A stretch of DNA of 64,000 nt from Marsupella aquatica (lineage: Eukaryota; Plantae; Marchantiophyta): positions 9,685,761-9,749,760 of the forward strand of contig OZ316898.1 of assembly GCA_973895155.1 (NCBI GenBank), in the 5' to 3' direction. This document shows, piece after piece, positions 38,225 to 51,229 of the stretch (positions within the stretch are counted from its first letter, which is position 1; every line of letters begins with the position of its first letter). The position numbers and the translations under genes are program-made. The notes under the pieces are model-generated. The model ran no database searches and was not told the origin of the DNA. It saw only the letters and a list, made by a program, of their open reading frames with translations.

Positions 38225-39284
38225 GTGGCATTCCGGAGGTTTCAGTGAAGAGACCTGAAGAGAAGAAAATTGAATTGAATTAGGATTTGGATTGAAGTGC
38301 AGTGGAGTGGAGGAGAGGGGACGAGATTCAGCGGAAGAGAGCAATGTAGAATTCTTTGCCTTGTTTGGTACTGTATTTGTCGTTTTGGTGGCATGATCAG
38401 TAGATGAGGCACCTGTCGTGATTCGACGACCACGAGGTGGGAGGAGAGAAGCGGTAGAAGTAGACGCTGCTAGGTGACTTCGTCAAAGGCGAGGCCCGTC
38501 CCTGGCGGAGTTTCGGGGCCCGTTGTATGAGAAGAGTTAGACGGGGCCAGCTGGGAGGCGGTCAGTGTTGCGGAGAGAGAAAGAGGAGGGCCTGGAATGT
38601 GGAGCTGGACTGAAAGGTCGTGAGGATAGGGAAAGAGGAAAGCAAGTGCATTGCCGGACATCTGATGTGGATGAAGCTGATGCCGACAGGACGGCGACGA
38701 CAATTGGACTAGGCTAGTCGAAACTAGCAGGGCAGCAACTCGGAGGCGGTCGAGGAGATGAAATGTCGGGAATAGTAGGAAAGGAATGCACACAGGATGA
38801 TGATAGGATGTGGAGGAGGGTCCATAGTTCCTCGATAACATTTTGAGTTTTAGGAGGCAGGGGCCATTAGTTTGAGCATTCCCTCGATTCGGATCCCATC
38901 CATTCATCCATTCTTTCCGTCCAAGCAATTGGTGTGTGAGTAAATTGTATGACTGCCTGCCAGAGCCGGAGGATTCTGAAAGCCAAGCACCATCGTCAGC
39001 CTGCTTACTGCAACAGGTCCTCATCCGGCAGTCTCCTAGTCTGGTTTCCGGTAGGGTGCAGGCCAGGTGACTGATAAGTTGCACAAGGAAGGCTGCACCT
39101 TAGGTTCACACGGAGTTTCCGAGTTGACGTCGTCCTCTTCCGTGGACTTCGGCAGATTTCATGGTTTTGCACCATTTCCAGACTCGACGAAAAAAATTCT
39201 GCACAGGTCCATTTGGCCGGTGTTCTAAACATTGGACTGAGATTGGACTGAGATTGATCTCAGGAAGACGAGGGAGAGGAAACC

Positions 39285-42200
39285 ATGCACACAAAAGGGA
39301 CCTTGCCGACGTATAACGGCGGCGTCAATGGGAAATCGAAGGATTGGTGGTATGAGATTGACTTGAAGGCAATAGCGGGTCAAATGAAAGCCAGCCGAAT
39401 GAGGCCGTCAATGTGGTCGAGATCGCGGTTGCAGGTGTGGCTTATCCGTGCCTGCACCACCATCTTGCTCTGGACATGCGTTATTCAACTCACTACAGTC
39501 AAAGAGTTGTGGCAGCCGCAGATGCTGCGATCCTGCTTTGACCAGTTCTCTCCTCTGGGCCAACAAAAATTCCTCTCCACGAACTATGTGTCCTCCTCAA
39601 GTAAGCCTACCCGCCTCCCCTTTTAATCTTCTATCCCTCGGGATTCCTCTGCAGTAGAGTGACTTTTGGGGGAATCCGGGACGATTTTCCGGAGCTTCAA
39701 TGTGTCTGTCTGTCTTTCTACATGTTCTTTTTGAATCCTGAATTCCTTTCTCCTTTTGAACTGCGAATACTCTCTAATTCTCCGCGGTGTCTTTGATTCA
39801 TTCAATCATATTTCTCCACAGCATCGAGATTGAGTGGACTATGGCATTTCCCAGCCCATCTTACTCCCCTTGCGTTTCATCCCCTCTCCTTAAACCTCAG
39901 TTATCATTCATCTCTTTCTTCCAAAACAGGTCCCTGAGTTGACCTACTGTTACTCGTCGAATGGGGAATGTTAATCCTCTGTAGAGGCTTTCCTCCATTC
40001 TTGACCACCGTTCAAAATAATCTTAGCTGGTGTATGTTCAGAAAGCCGTCGTAGTGGCTGTGTCCATTGTATGCCTTCTTGTTGAATTGTCTTCGGTGGA
40101 TCCTTCTATCATAAAATATCTGCCGGTCTGGACGGTGTCCATTCACCGGACCCATTTCACATCATTTCGGTTCAATCTTTAACTGAAGTCCTCGGTAAGA
40201 AATCGGCCGTCAGGGTACGGGAAGTGTATTGAAGCAAAGAGTGTTGACCTCCACTCCCTGCAAACTATGGGCTGCGGGGTTGAGTAGGATGGAGTAGGCA
40301 CTCGATGGTGAGGATATGGCGAATTTGAGAATAACATCCAGGACCCACTGACCCTGGGTCAAAGCTAGTGGAGATGCCCTGTAGCAAGGCACATTTCATT
40401 CTCATCATGATGTCTATTCACAGATGGTGAGTGCTGGCAATCCGTAGGTCATGTCCACGATAGATACCCCAATGTCAAGGTGGTCCCGTGGACAACTGTC
40501 TTTAGTCCCTGCCGCTCGAAAGCATTATCATCATTGGACTGACGTTTTAGTTGTGGTTGTGTCTGTGGCCAACTCCCTCGAATTGAACTTAACAGGAGGT
40601 CCAGAGTACAAAAGCAACGGCTACCTCATTGTATCTTGTAACGGCGGACTCAATCAAATGCGCGCTGCCGTAAGACTCCCTTCCTCATCTTCTTCGTCCC
40701 GCCCTTGCAAATTTCGTGTCCACTTTGCACTTGCTCCCGCCAATCGTTGTCTTTCCCGACCGTGCTGCCTGAGCATTCCTGTTGGCGTCCTTTGCTCTGA
40801 TTTAGGTTGGCTTCACGAAAGTAGGAGGTGACCCACAGTTTCCTTGACGATTCCTGAAATTTGCTCATTCCTCTCTACTGATTGAATTGCAGATTTGTGA
40901 CATGGTGGCAATCTCGAAGTACATGAATGTGACGTTGGTCATCCCACAGCTAGACAAGACCTCATTCTGGCAAGATCCAAGGTGAGATGGCTCATGATTC
41001 TGGCGTGATTGATTGAGTGAATGTCACCATTGGTTGGTTGGTGATGGTACGTAGCAGTTGTGATAGTTGGGTGCTGTCCTTGTGCTACTGCCTGCCACCT
41101 AGGAGTAACTCACAGACATAGTAGTAACTCACAGACAGCCCAGTCATGACTACTACCTCGTTCTTTGGCCGACCGTTTGTGTTGTCAATGATGCCATTTT
41201 TGGAGTCTCACGCGCTCTTTGTTTCCAATCCGCTGAGGTGGATGTCCCCTTCTTCCTCTTTTCCGTTCGTGCAAAGCGTTTGAGAACTTTTTAATGATGG
41301 GCATTTCGTTGCCATTGTACGTTCCGTTCATTGGTCTTGCGTGCTGGTAGGTGATGAGTCTGTACCGCCTCTCGTTCTCTCTCTCTCTAGCTCCGGTGTC
41401 CATGATCCGACTCAAGTTGCAGTGCCGGAATTTGTGGTCAGTTGCTGGGGAATTCGCGGCCTGTCTCCTGAATCTAGTAGGTCATTCGTCAAGTTTGTTT
41501 CACTCCTGTGTCAGTCAGATTCTCTCAAACCTCATCCTGACAAGAAGGGTGTAAAGGACTGATCTCCAGACTTATGATTTCTTTGAGGTCCTGTCCTTCC
41601 GGCTCAATCCCTATGCTATGCTCGTCCTCATGTTGGCTGTTCCGACTGCTTGATTGTTTGAGAGTGCAATTCTGCGACGTGCCAACGCAAATCTTGCTTC
41701 ATGCTCGAGTGAGTAATCACTCTGTATAGAACTCTTCTGAGCATTTTATGGGTGTGTCAACGGCAGTGACTTCGGAGACATTTTCGATGTGGATTATTTC
41801 ATATCGTCCCTGAAAGAAGACGTGCGCATTGTGAGGGAGCTTCCCAACGAGCACGCAACGCCGGGATATGACCAATACTTTGGACTGCCCCCAAAGAGCT
41901 GGTCGAATGAGATATACTATTCTAATCAGGTACCCATCGTACATATTCAAATGTCAACTCTGCGCATTTGGTGAGGAAACCTAAAAGCATACTATACACA
42001 CTATACGGCAGACATGGAGTTTGTTGCAGAGATTTAAAGGTGTTGCGTTTGAATCACTGTGGTGGAAGTCCGACTCACTTGTATCCTCAGAAAGCTCATG
42101 GACTGTTTGTTTGGAGTATTGCAGATTTTGCCCTTAATTAAAGAGCATGAAGTTCTGCGACTCAATAAGACGGATTCCCGGCTGGCCAATAATGGCCTGC

Positions 42201-43753
42201 CCCTGGCCATGCAGAAGATGCGGTGCCGTGTGAATTACCATTCACTTCGGTTCACTCCTCGCATTGAGGAATTAGGGCAACGCTTAGTACAGATTTTGCG
42301 CGCAAAAGGCCCTTTTCTTGTGCTCCACCTTAGGTATGAGATGGACATGTTGGCATTCTCTGGGTGCACGCACGGCTGCACTGAAGACGAAGCTGACGAC
42401 CTCACGCGAATGAGGTAAGAGTCCAATATACCCACTGATTAACTCTTGTCTATTATAGCTACAGCTACGATCCATATGATTGAGCTACCAGCTATACCTC
42501 GACAGTAGGGATTATCTACTTACATGAGTATCGAGAGATCCTTCTTCACTTAATTCTTCAGTTTGAGAGTCCTTCGTATGACATGTTTGGGGTATTTTGC
42601 AGGTATGCTTATCCGTGGTGGAAAGAAAAGGTGATTGGGTCGGATAAGAAGAGGAGAGATGGCCATTGCCCACTTACCCCTGAAGAAACAGCCTTGGTCT
42701 TAAGGGCGTTGGGTTATGAACGGGAAACGCAAATCTACATTGCCGCCGGAGAAATTTATGGGAATGATAGAAGAATGGCATCCCTGTACGAAGCCTTTCC
42801 TAATGTGGTAAGTACTACTGTGCATCTTGACGACCTCTGTTGATCCAGATTGTTTGGACAGAGTTGTGTTTCTTTGTAAACCCTTTGGCTCACTTTCACA
42901 AGCATATGTCGATACGTTGCCTTCCCCTTTTGTAGTGATTTCTCAGGGGCCCCCTTGCCTTGCACTGTCCATGAAAAGAATTCTCCTTGTATGCATTTCA
43001 GATTTTGAAACCAAAGTTGTGATTTCTTTTCAACAGGTACGGAAGGAAATGCTTTTAAGTAAGGAAGAGTTGAGACCGTTTGTGAATCGATCATCCCAAA
43101 TGGCAGCACTTGATTATTTGGTGTCACTGGCAAGTGATGTCTTTGTCCCTACATATGATGGTAACATGGCCAAGGTTGTGGAAGGTCATCGCAGGTCAGC
43201 GCCCTCTCTCGTCATATGTCCTATGGCAAGATTTATTTTGTGTCACTGATCTGAGTAGCTTCTAGTTCTGCAATGTAGGTAGCAAAGATCCAACACCTTT
43301 GGTACATGAATTAAAAATCTCAAAAACTAGTTGAAATGATTGAAGAATCGCGATCGAATGGAAGAAACCATCGATAAGATTGTAAGTATGCCTCTCTGGG
43401 AGGACCACCAAGATCACTGGTCTCATTGATTTTTGTCCGCGGCTCAATTTGAATCCAATCTGATCGAATATTTGTTGCGACTTCTCAGATATCTGGGTTT
43501 TCGGACAACAGTCCTCTTAGATCGCAGAAGACTGGTGGAGCTGCTTGACCAGTATGAGAGCGGCCTTTTACATTGGGATGAGTTTGCTCTTGCCGTAAGA
43601 CATGCGCATGAGGGTCGAATGGGTACACCTATGAAGAGGCGGGTTGTTACTGGAAAACCCAAGGAGGAAGACTATTTCTATTCCAATCCTGAGGAATGTA
43701 TATGTGAAGAGAGTTCAGCCGAAAGCACTGATACTCCTAGTTTGTCTTTGTAA
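39285..43753 (+). CDS. RRT1: Rhamnogalacturonan-I rhamnosyltransferase 1-like (GT106, O-fucosyltransferase family), about 519 aa, 8 coding exons
   Basis: Exons 39285-39600, 40596-40669 (alternative in-frame acceptor 40605), 40893-40981, 41767-41929, 42125-42414, 42603-42807, 43037-43194 and 43489-43753; all introns GT-AG, phases consistent, total 1560 nt. Motifs: N-terminal [122 protein letters not shown]. Confidence 0.93.
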
Positions 43754-45172
43754 GCAGTGACCACTCTGATGACATATAATTCTTCTTTCGCATCCATTCC
43801 TGGCCTTTTTGGCCATGAAATTCTTCTCTGAAGGACGCCGAACATCCTCACCTTCATCGCCATTTTAGACCCATCAATGTGTCGGCTGATTCATTGACCA
43901 AGCCTGCGAGATTTCTCTTGCCTATTCTTTGTACAGGCTGATTGATATAACCAATCAGCAACCATGGGAAGAAACAAATGGAAACTACTGTGTGGTATTT
44001 GCTTCGTTCAGTCCTCCTGGTGCTGGTCTCCAATCAAGATGTGAGGCAGTTATTGGAACAGGTGGAATATTCATCGAATATGGGTTCTCAAAGTGAACTA
44101 CATGTGGATCAGGAGGGCTTGGGTAGCTACGCCTGACAAAGATCACGAGCCCTAACAGGTTAAAGTGGAGCTTGCCCTTCCAATAGCTGGAGTTGAAGAA
44201 GGTATACATTTAAGATATACTACAACAGTGCCAGTCTGTAAGTAGCAGTGATCATGCGGCAGAAGCTTCACCATTCTTGCCAGGGTATTTTCAAAATGTT
44301 GATAAAAATGATGAGCACCTAGCAAATGTCGCGCATCAAGGAAGTCAGCAAGGAGGTGCTTTTCCTTACCACGTGGTAGTGATGTATTGGAGGCAACTAC
44401 ATTATCAGTATCCGGAGAGCACTTCCTAGCGGTTTGTGATTCCGTCACCAATCAAATTTCCTCACCTGAATCTGCTTCAAGCTGTGGTGCTAGATCAGAA
44501 CTTCTATTAGCAGTGAGTTCTAGGCATTTGGACAAAATAGCATTATTATTCTGGGAGGCCTTTCAGCCAGCCTCCCCTCAGAAGTCTTTCCATTCTAGGC
44601 ATGTCAGATTTCTCTGTACTTCTTTCAACTAGTAAGAAAATTCGTTAAAGGAATTTCTTTCTGATTTGAGAGAGGTTTACAGAGATGGGCCTTGGTAGAT
44701 CATAATTACTGAAGCCTGCTATATCTCTGTACACTAACGAAGCTTGCATATAGACCTCCAGCTAGCTTGGCAGTAGATTTGCCTACTTGCCACTTGCCAC
44801 TTGCCACAGAGGAGTTGTTCTGAGGAGCTTGCTAGGAAGAAGCAAGTAGCAAAATAATCACCGGAGGCAGAGAGAGAATGTTTCAGGAGTGGATATTTAT
44901 CCAACCATTCCTGTAAGCGAAAGGTTTTCTCATTATGTTTGTACTACCGGATCATGTCCAAGTTTTGGTTTGGAATGACGGACACGTTTCCACACAGCAA
45001 AATGTCGTGGAGTATTCTTTGCACCTTGCCTCGTATCAGACTATTGTCTGTCTTGGATCTTATGGAATTCCTCAACTTATTGCCGGTCTCCTGTTGTATG
45101 TCAAACCTAGTTACTCGCATGAGGTTCTTACCAGATGGATCGAATGCTGTTGAATTTGTACACGCAGTTGTG

Positions 45173-45233
45173 AGCGTTAGAATCTTTTGAGTTGACATGG
45201 GTCGCGTTAGAATCTTTTGAGTTGACATGGGTC
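45173..45233. repeat. Perfect ~30-bp tandem duplication
   Basis: GCGTTAGAATCTTTTGAGTTGACATGGGTC occurs twice in tandem. Confidence 0.9.
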
Positions 45234-45949
45234 AGGATTGATGAGAAATCAGACAAGAAAGCGTAACGTTCCAGGCACTTCCAGCACTAGTGGATACATT
45301 GCATTGTGATCTCACATCAGGAGAGGCATGACAAAGCAACGTTCCAAGCACTCGAAAACATATTGTCCAATCTCGAAGAATGGAAGTCGTGACCTGGAGA
45401 GCGGATTTACCGTCCCCAGATTCACTACTGCAGGATTCCCGCTGCAGCGCATGCTCCACACTATAGCACGGCGACCTGTAATTACGTAATTGAATTGCGG
45501 GGGCCGCTGGTGGGGGTTGGACCGCGGATCTTCAGTGGCATGATTCACTGTTCAAGATTTCACTGCAGCTTTTGGAACAGGTTGGATTCAGAAAGTATCC
45601 CTCTGCATCTGGAGGATTTCAAGGAAAAGTCACGAACCCAAGTCACTTGTATGTCGATAGAATGACGTGAATCGATTAATTGATTTTGGCGTGTACCTGT
45701 AGAGCGTGCATGGTGGACAGCCTGGACTTTGTCCCCCATGTCCGTGCATTTAGTGAACCTCGAGGAGGTGACGCGACTACACCGAATAAAGTATGAAAAC
45801 AGACCCCCAAAAGTGGACACTACAGTAGTAGACCCGGAAGGCTCGACATGATTGTCGCAAAAACAGGAGCACACTGTGAATAGTGGGAAACCTCGCAGAA
45901 AACATACTGTCAAAAAAACCTGTGCTGAGGGCTTTCTCCTACAGTAGAT

Positions 45950-46305
45950 TCCACGAGTGAGCAATCCGATGAAATTGGTCAAATTCTACAAACATTTGGA
46001 AACATCGGATTCCCAAAGGGCTTGCTTCCACAATTTCATGAGAGAGCAATCCGATTAAATTGGTCGAATTTTACAAACAATTGGAAACCTTGGACCTCAA
46101 AGGGACTTGCTTGTACATTGGATTCGATGAGTTCAACACAAGGAAAATTGGTCAAATTCTACAAACCACTTGAGTGGGAGTCAGCTCAGGTCAGGGTACA
46201 GCTTACAGAGAACATACTAACTGTCAAAAGGAGCCTATGGTGAGGACTTGCCAAGTTCCATAACATTGGTCAAATTTTATCATCAATTGGGTACCTTGGA
46301 CCTTA
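45950..46305. repeat. Degenerate ~87-bp tandem repeat, 3-4 copies
   Basis: ATTGGTCAAATTCTACAAAC variants lie at ~45974, 46060, 46147 and 46266. Confidence 0.65.
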
Positions 46306-46451
46306 AATACACAATGCAAACCACTGAGTGGGGCCTGGTGCTCAGCCCAGATAAGCGTTAACGTTTTCAATTTTTGGCTAGTGTCACCTTGAGTAGACAT
46401 TGAGTAAAATTTTCTTACACTAGCCAAAGTTCAATCCTGAATTAGACAGTT

Positions 46452-46655
46452 TTGCCGCTCAAGTGGCTTGAGGTGAGTTGTGACAAGCATGTCTCAAGTT
46501 GAATGTCCGCAGACCAGACAACTCTGCTCCACCTTCAACTGTGACCAGTAGGTCTCAAGTCCAATCCCTGGACGGTTTTGCTCTAGTTTAATCTGTGATC
46601 AAAAGGTCTCGGGTTTAATCCGCAACCGGGCAGTTCTGCTCTAGCTTCAGCTTTA
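46452..46655 (+). mobile_element. Cluster of about three partial tRNA-derived SINE-like heads (same family as 7844-7945)
   Basis: GCTCAAGTGGCTTGAGGTGAGTTGTGACAAGCATGTCTCAAGTTGAAT; ACTGTGACCAGTAGGTCTCAAGTCCAATCCCTG; CTGTGATCAAAAGGTCTCGGGTTTAATCC. Confidence 0.5.
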
Positions 46656-47729
46656 GTTGACAATGGATTCTGCTCCACATGACTGGTTTAATCTGTTGTG
46701 AGTCACACGGGCTTGTAGTGCTTTATATGAAAAAAATACAGAAATGTTATTCCAGTGGCTTTCCCATCTAGCGGTTTTTCCTTACTTACAACGAAGCATG
46801 TGGCTGATACCTTTATCATTGGTTTCTTCAAAAATTCAATTCACCTTTGAGAATATCATGGTTTGTTCCAATTCTATCTTCATAAACTACAGGGATCCGC
46901 TGGGACATAAAAGCCTGTCCAGATTTATCCATGTGATCAAAACAACCTCATCTCACTAGTTAAAGAACTAGAATTATGACATTGTGTTGTGCAAACAAAC
47001 CGCGGTTCAAAAGAGCAATGGATAAACAACACATTTTACAATCTGGCCCATGTTTGGGTACTGTTAGCAGTGGACCCGTGCTCTTTTATCTTTGCTCAAC
47101 TAATTTGGGTAGTGTACTCATGCTCAGCTAATTTTAGGATCGGACCCATGCTAGACTGATTTTAGCAATGGACCAATGCTCGATCAGCTAGTTTAGGAGA
47201 GGACCCATGCTTCACTGTTCAATTCATGGATGACAGTTTTCCCAATGGCAGGGCTATTTTGGTGTGCACTGGTGGGAGGTGCTCTTACTACACTTAATGC
47301 TCTTACTGATTTTTTTGTTTCTGCAATTTTCAGGACATTTCCAAAAAGAATACATAGTCAAGGGTTTTATTTTATCAACTCATTACAAAAATTCTCCTTT
47401 ACCTTTGCTTAAACTAGTAAAAATAAGAATTTCTTAGGTCTTTTAGTGTGTTAAGATCCAGCTACCAGAGGATTACGTACAATAATTGCCCCTCATAACT
47501 CGAGCTATCTTCTATCACAATGTCCCTGTAAACACCATCACCTTACTATATACATATCCATCCCGCCCTCACTTGCCTTTAAACATTCGCCACCGGGGCG
47601 CATTTTAAAGAATGCCTTTAAAAACTACCCTGGCCTGCCCACTTCCTTGCCCCACCAATTATCACTCTCACGAAGCCCCTCGTGCCCGGCACTTCCTCAT
47701 GTATTGGGACCAATCACACTGGGTCACCT

Positions 47730-48110
47730 GTCTCACTCTCAGCTGCAGCTCTGTCCGCCCCTTCCCTGCCCGAGTATAAGTCCCCCCCTCCCTTCCTCCC
47801 TGTCCCTGCCCGTCCACTTTCACCTCTGCCGTTCCCCTGCCCGCCCATTCCCTGCCACGCGTCGCCCCCGCCATAGCTCCTATCCTTGCCCGTCGCCTTT
47901 CAGCTCTGCCCGCCATGTCCCTGCCCGAGTAAGTCCCTCCCTTTCTCCATAATTATCCCCTCCCGTTCCCATCTCAGCTCTGCCCGCCCCTTCCCTGCCC
48001 CGCGTCACTCCCGCCATAGCTCCCCTCCTTGCCCGTGGCCTCTCAGCTCTGCCCGCCGCTTCCCTGCCCGAGTCTGTTCCCGTCCCTTCTCCCTTCTCCC
48101 GTCCCGGTAA
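47730..48110. repeat. C-rich degenerate tandem repeat (CAGCTCTGCCCG..TTCCCTGCCCG units)
   Basis: Repeated CTCTGCCCG / CCCTGCCCG / CCCGCCATAGCTCC blocks. Confidence 0.75.
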
Positions 48111-48819
48111 TATCCCTCGATTCGTTTGTGGTTGCGGCCCTGGAAGCGAATATATAATTATATTATTATTGTGGAGAAATGGCGAGTCAGAACAGGAGGA
48201 CACGGTGGGCAGCGGACACGTTGGAGCCCTTATTTTTTTTCCACCTCTGTGGAGCGATATGGACCTCAAAATGATGGTCTTCTCCGTCCCTGGGTGTAGC
48301 TTGCTGGAAAATTCATCTTTTAACAATCACTAGGGTCCTACCCCCAAAAGTGATGGTTCCTGGGCTAAAAATCATGGTTCCCTCCCTCCCTCCCTTGGTG
48401 TAGCTTGCTGGAAAAAATCATTTATTAGGGAGTCCCAATCTTTTTACTTCTCCTTCGTAGTCAGGGCTATTGACCCCCAAAAATTGCGGCCGAAACTACA
48501 GCCGGGACGTGGTTTATGGCCATGTGTAAACAATGGAGGTTGAACTTTGACAGGGCTTGCAACGAGTTGGCCTGCCGTGTGTGAAAACACCCGGGCAAAA
48601 AAGTGTGGTAGCCAACTCTGTGTCCCACACCACAATGTCTCGGCCTGACCGAAGTCCTGCATTGTTCAACGTTTGAGAAGCCCTATTACAATCACTGGAG
48701 TCCTACTCTAAAAATCATGGTTCTCTCTGGAAAATCATTTATTGCAATCACCGGAGTCCTCTCAAAATCATGGTATTCTCCCTCCTTGGGTGTAGCTTGC
48801 TTGATTCATTTATTTGGGG

Positions 48820-49105
48820 TGAACTGCAATTTTTCCAAGTGTCAAATCTTTTGTGCCCAAGTCTTAGGTGAACCCCACTTTGGGATGGGGTTTGTAGAAA
48901 AATTAGTCTACTAATGACACTTGAACTTGGAACCTCACTTGCTGCAATGAGTATTACTACTGCTGGGGCACTAGGCTATGCTAGTTGGGATGACTATTGT
49001 TGAACCAATACTGCACTTATCTGTATCCATGCTGACAGGTAGTGTAGGAAAATGTGATGACATAAACCTTTATGCCTTCACCTCCTTTGGGAAATGACAA
49101 AGCTT
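48820..49105 (+). repeat. Dispersed repeat fragment, homologous to 7130-7420
   Basis: TTTCCAAGTGTCAAATCTTTTGTG...TGAACCCCACTTTG...TAGTCTACTAATGA...AACTTGGAACCTCACTTGCTGCAAT...TGCCTTCACCT. Confidence 0.75.
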
Positions 49106-51229
49106 AAGTCATACTCTTTTACACTTGGCATCCAACATCATCCATCCAGGAGCATTGATCCAGCAGCAGCAGGGGATCCAACATCAGCAGCAGCAAGGTG
49201 GCAGCAGCAAGCATATGGAGAGGCTCAACTTTAAGCTTCAATTTGCAGCATTGAGCTCAAGTAGCAGCATTAATAAGAGCTTTTGGCAGTAGTCAGCAGC
49301 AGCATCTAGCAGCATTGATCAAGAGCATTTTACTGGAGTCACAGTGATTTTTATTTTTTGACTAAAAGGTTTTTTCAAACACTACTTTTAAGGTAACTCA
49401 AAATTTAAAGCTACAAGGCTAATTGGCCTTTCTTTTTTTCATATGATGCTTACATGGCAAGCTCTAATAGGTAAAAAAAAATGGGTTTCTTAGAAACAAA
49501 AGCGTGGATGGACCGAGACATTGTCCCTGCCCATCCCCGTGGACTGTGTAAGCCAATCCTTGCTTTTACACCGAAAAGAAAAAGGAACCTATTGCAGATC
49601 ACAGTTAACTACTTTGATTACCTTGGGGAGAAAGTAGTCAAGACATCATGGTGATCTTGAGTAATGACATGACGTCTTCAAGGTTGTCCAGTTACCAAGG
49701 AAACCGGCTAGGTATTGTAATTGAAACCTGTTGCAAATGATAAGGAGACAGTTTACAGGTCACATTTAAATCAAAAGTGTAAACAATGTTATCTAAATCC
49801 AGTTTAAATAATTAAAGATTCCAAGCAGGTCCATCCAAGCTTTGCCAGTGCATCTGGGCTTCAGTTTAGGGTTTCTCGAGACTGCAAGTTACTGTGTAAC
49901 ATGCATTGCATGACATTCATTGCACTGTAAAGGTCGGCGCAGGGGAGGGCAACACTTGGGGGAAGTGCCTGAAAAGCTGCGCTGACTTTCAACAAGGGCT
50001 GCTGTGATCTGTGGGACCATTAATAATATTTCGGTTGTCCACAGCTCAGGACTTGCATTCTGAATGAGACCCACAATGCGCAACAGAACGATGGTGTCGC
50101 TCAGGGCAGGGCTGACTGGCTGATGAGTGAGCTGCAAGGAAAGTATTACGAAAGAAGGTGGCTGGAGCGGATGAGATCGTTAATTACGGAATAACATCGC
50201 AGCCTTCTGTCATGATTGTTCTGCACTTCAGCTGCTGACGTACCTTGGCACCTTGCTGTGGACATCAGAAGTGTGTGTCATGGTCTGGAGCGGAGAGAGT
50301 GACTGCGATTTGAGTGGTGGCCTGGTTCTCAGAGCGGAGTCTCCTGTCCAGCTTAATTAACGGAATTGAAGAAGGAAGAGAGGAGGTGAGGACAGTTGGA
50401 AACAGAAGGAAGGAACAACGGAAGTGAGGAACGCGAGGGAGACAACTGGACCGTGCTTCTCTCCAGTCGGGCACAGCGCATTGTAGGTAAATTGTCAGCT
50501 TGGTGCCATTTCATTCCTGTTTCTGGGAGTGAGCTCACGGATTTGGCTCCCAAGTACATCTATGGTGGAATGAATCAGGACATTGAAGAGGAAACTGGGT
50601 TTGCAGAGTTTCTTAATTGTAAATGATTATGATTCATCTGCGGTCGAAGGTCAGCACATCGACTACGGACTGATTTGCTGGGTGGTTTTGCAAGCAGGGC
50701 CGTGAACGTTGTACGCTGTGGTGCTTTCCGGGGTTGCTGGGAAGGAAGGCATTGGGAATTGGAGCATGAAGGGTTTCAGTGCTGGGTTCAGGTGGGGCAA
50801 CTCAGAAATGGAGCAAGGTTGGGAGCAGGGTAGCTCATCTATGATTATCATTGTACGACTAGAAGGCTCTACTGGATAGGCTTTTGGCGTGGAATATATG
50901 GAACATGTACGAAGGAGCACATTTATATCTCATTTGGGCTGCGTTGCTAGATTGGATTTTCATCGGTCTGTTGCCTGAATCGGCCTGTGGATTCGTAAAG
51001 CGGGGAGGTTCTGGGGAGTCCAACACAGCATGATAGTGGCTCGGGGATTTAGTGAATCGACAAAGATATTTGGATCTGCAGGTTGTGTTTGGGAACTGGA
51101 AATGTGCTTCTCCACCAGTTCTGAAGGTGTGGGCGTCAGCTCCCGTTGGTATTGTCATGATTGCCGAGGATCTCGTCTGTCGAGATCTTGTTGTTCGCCT
51201 GGGATTGTGAAGCATTATTGGAGACAAAG

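Noticed and set aside
37811-39084. 177-aa and 204-aa minus-strand ORFs
   Set aside because: Low-complexity antisense readings of the purine-rich RRT1 upstream region.
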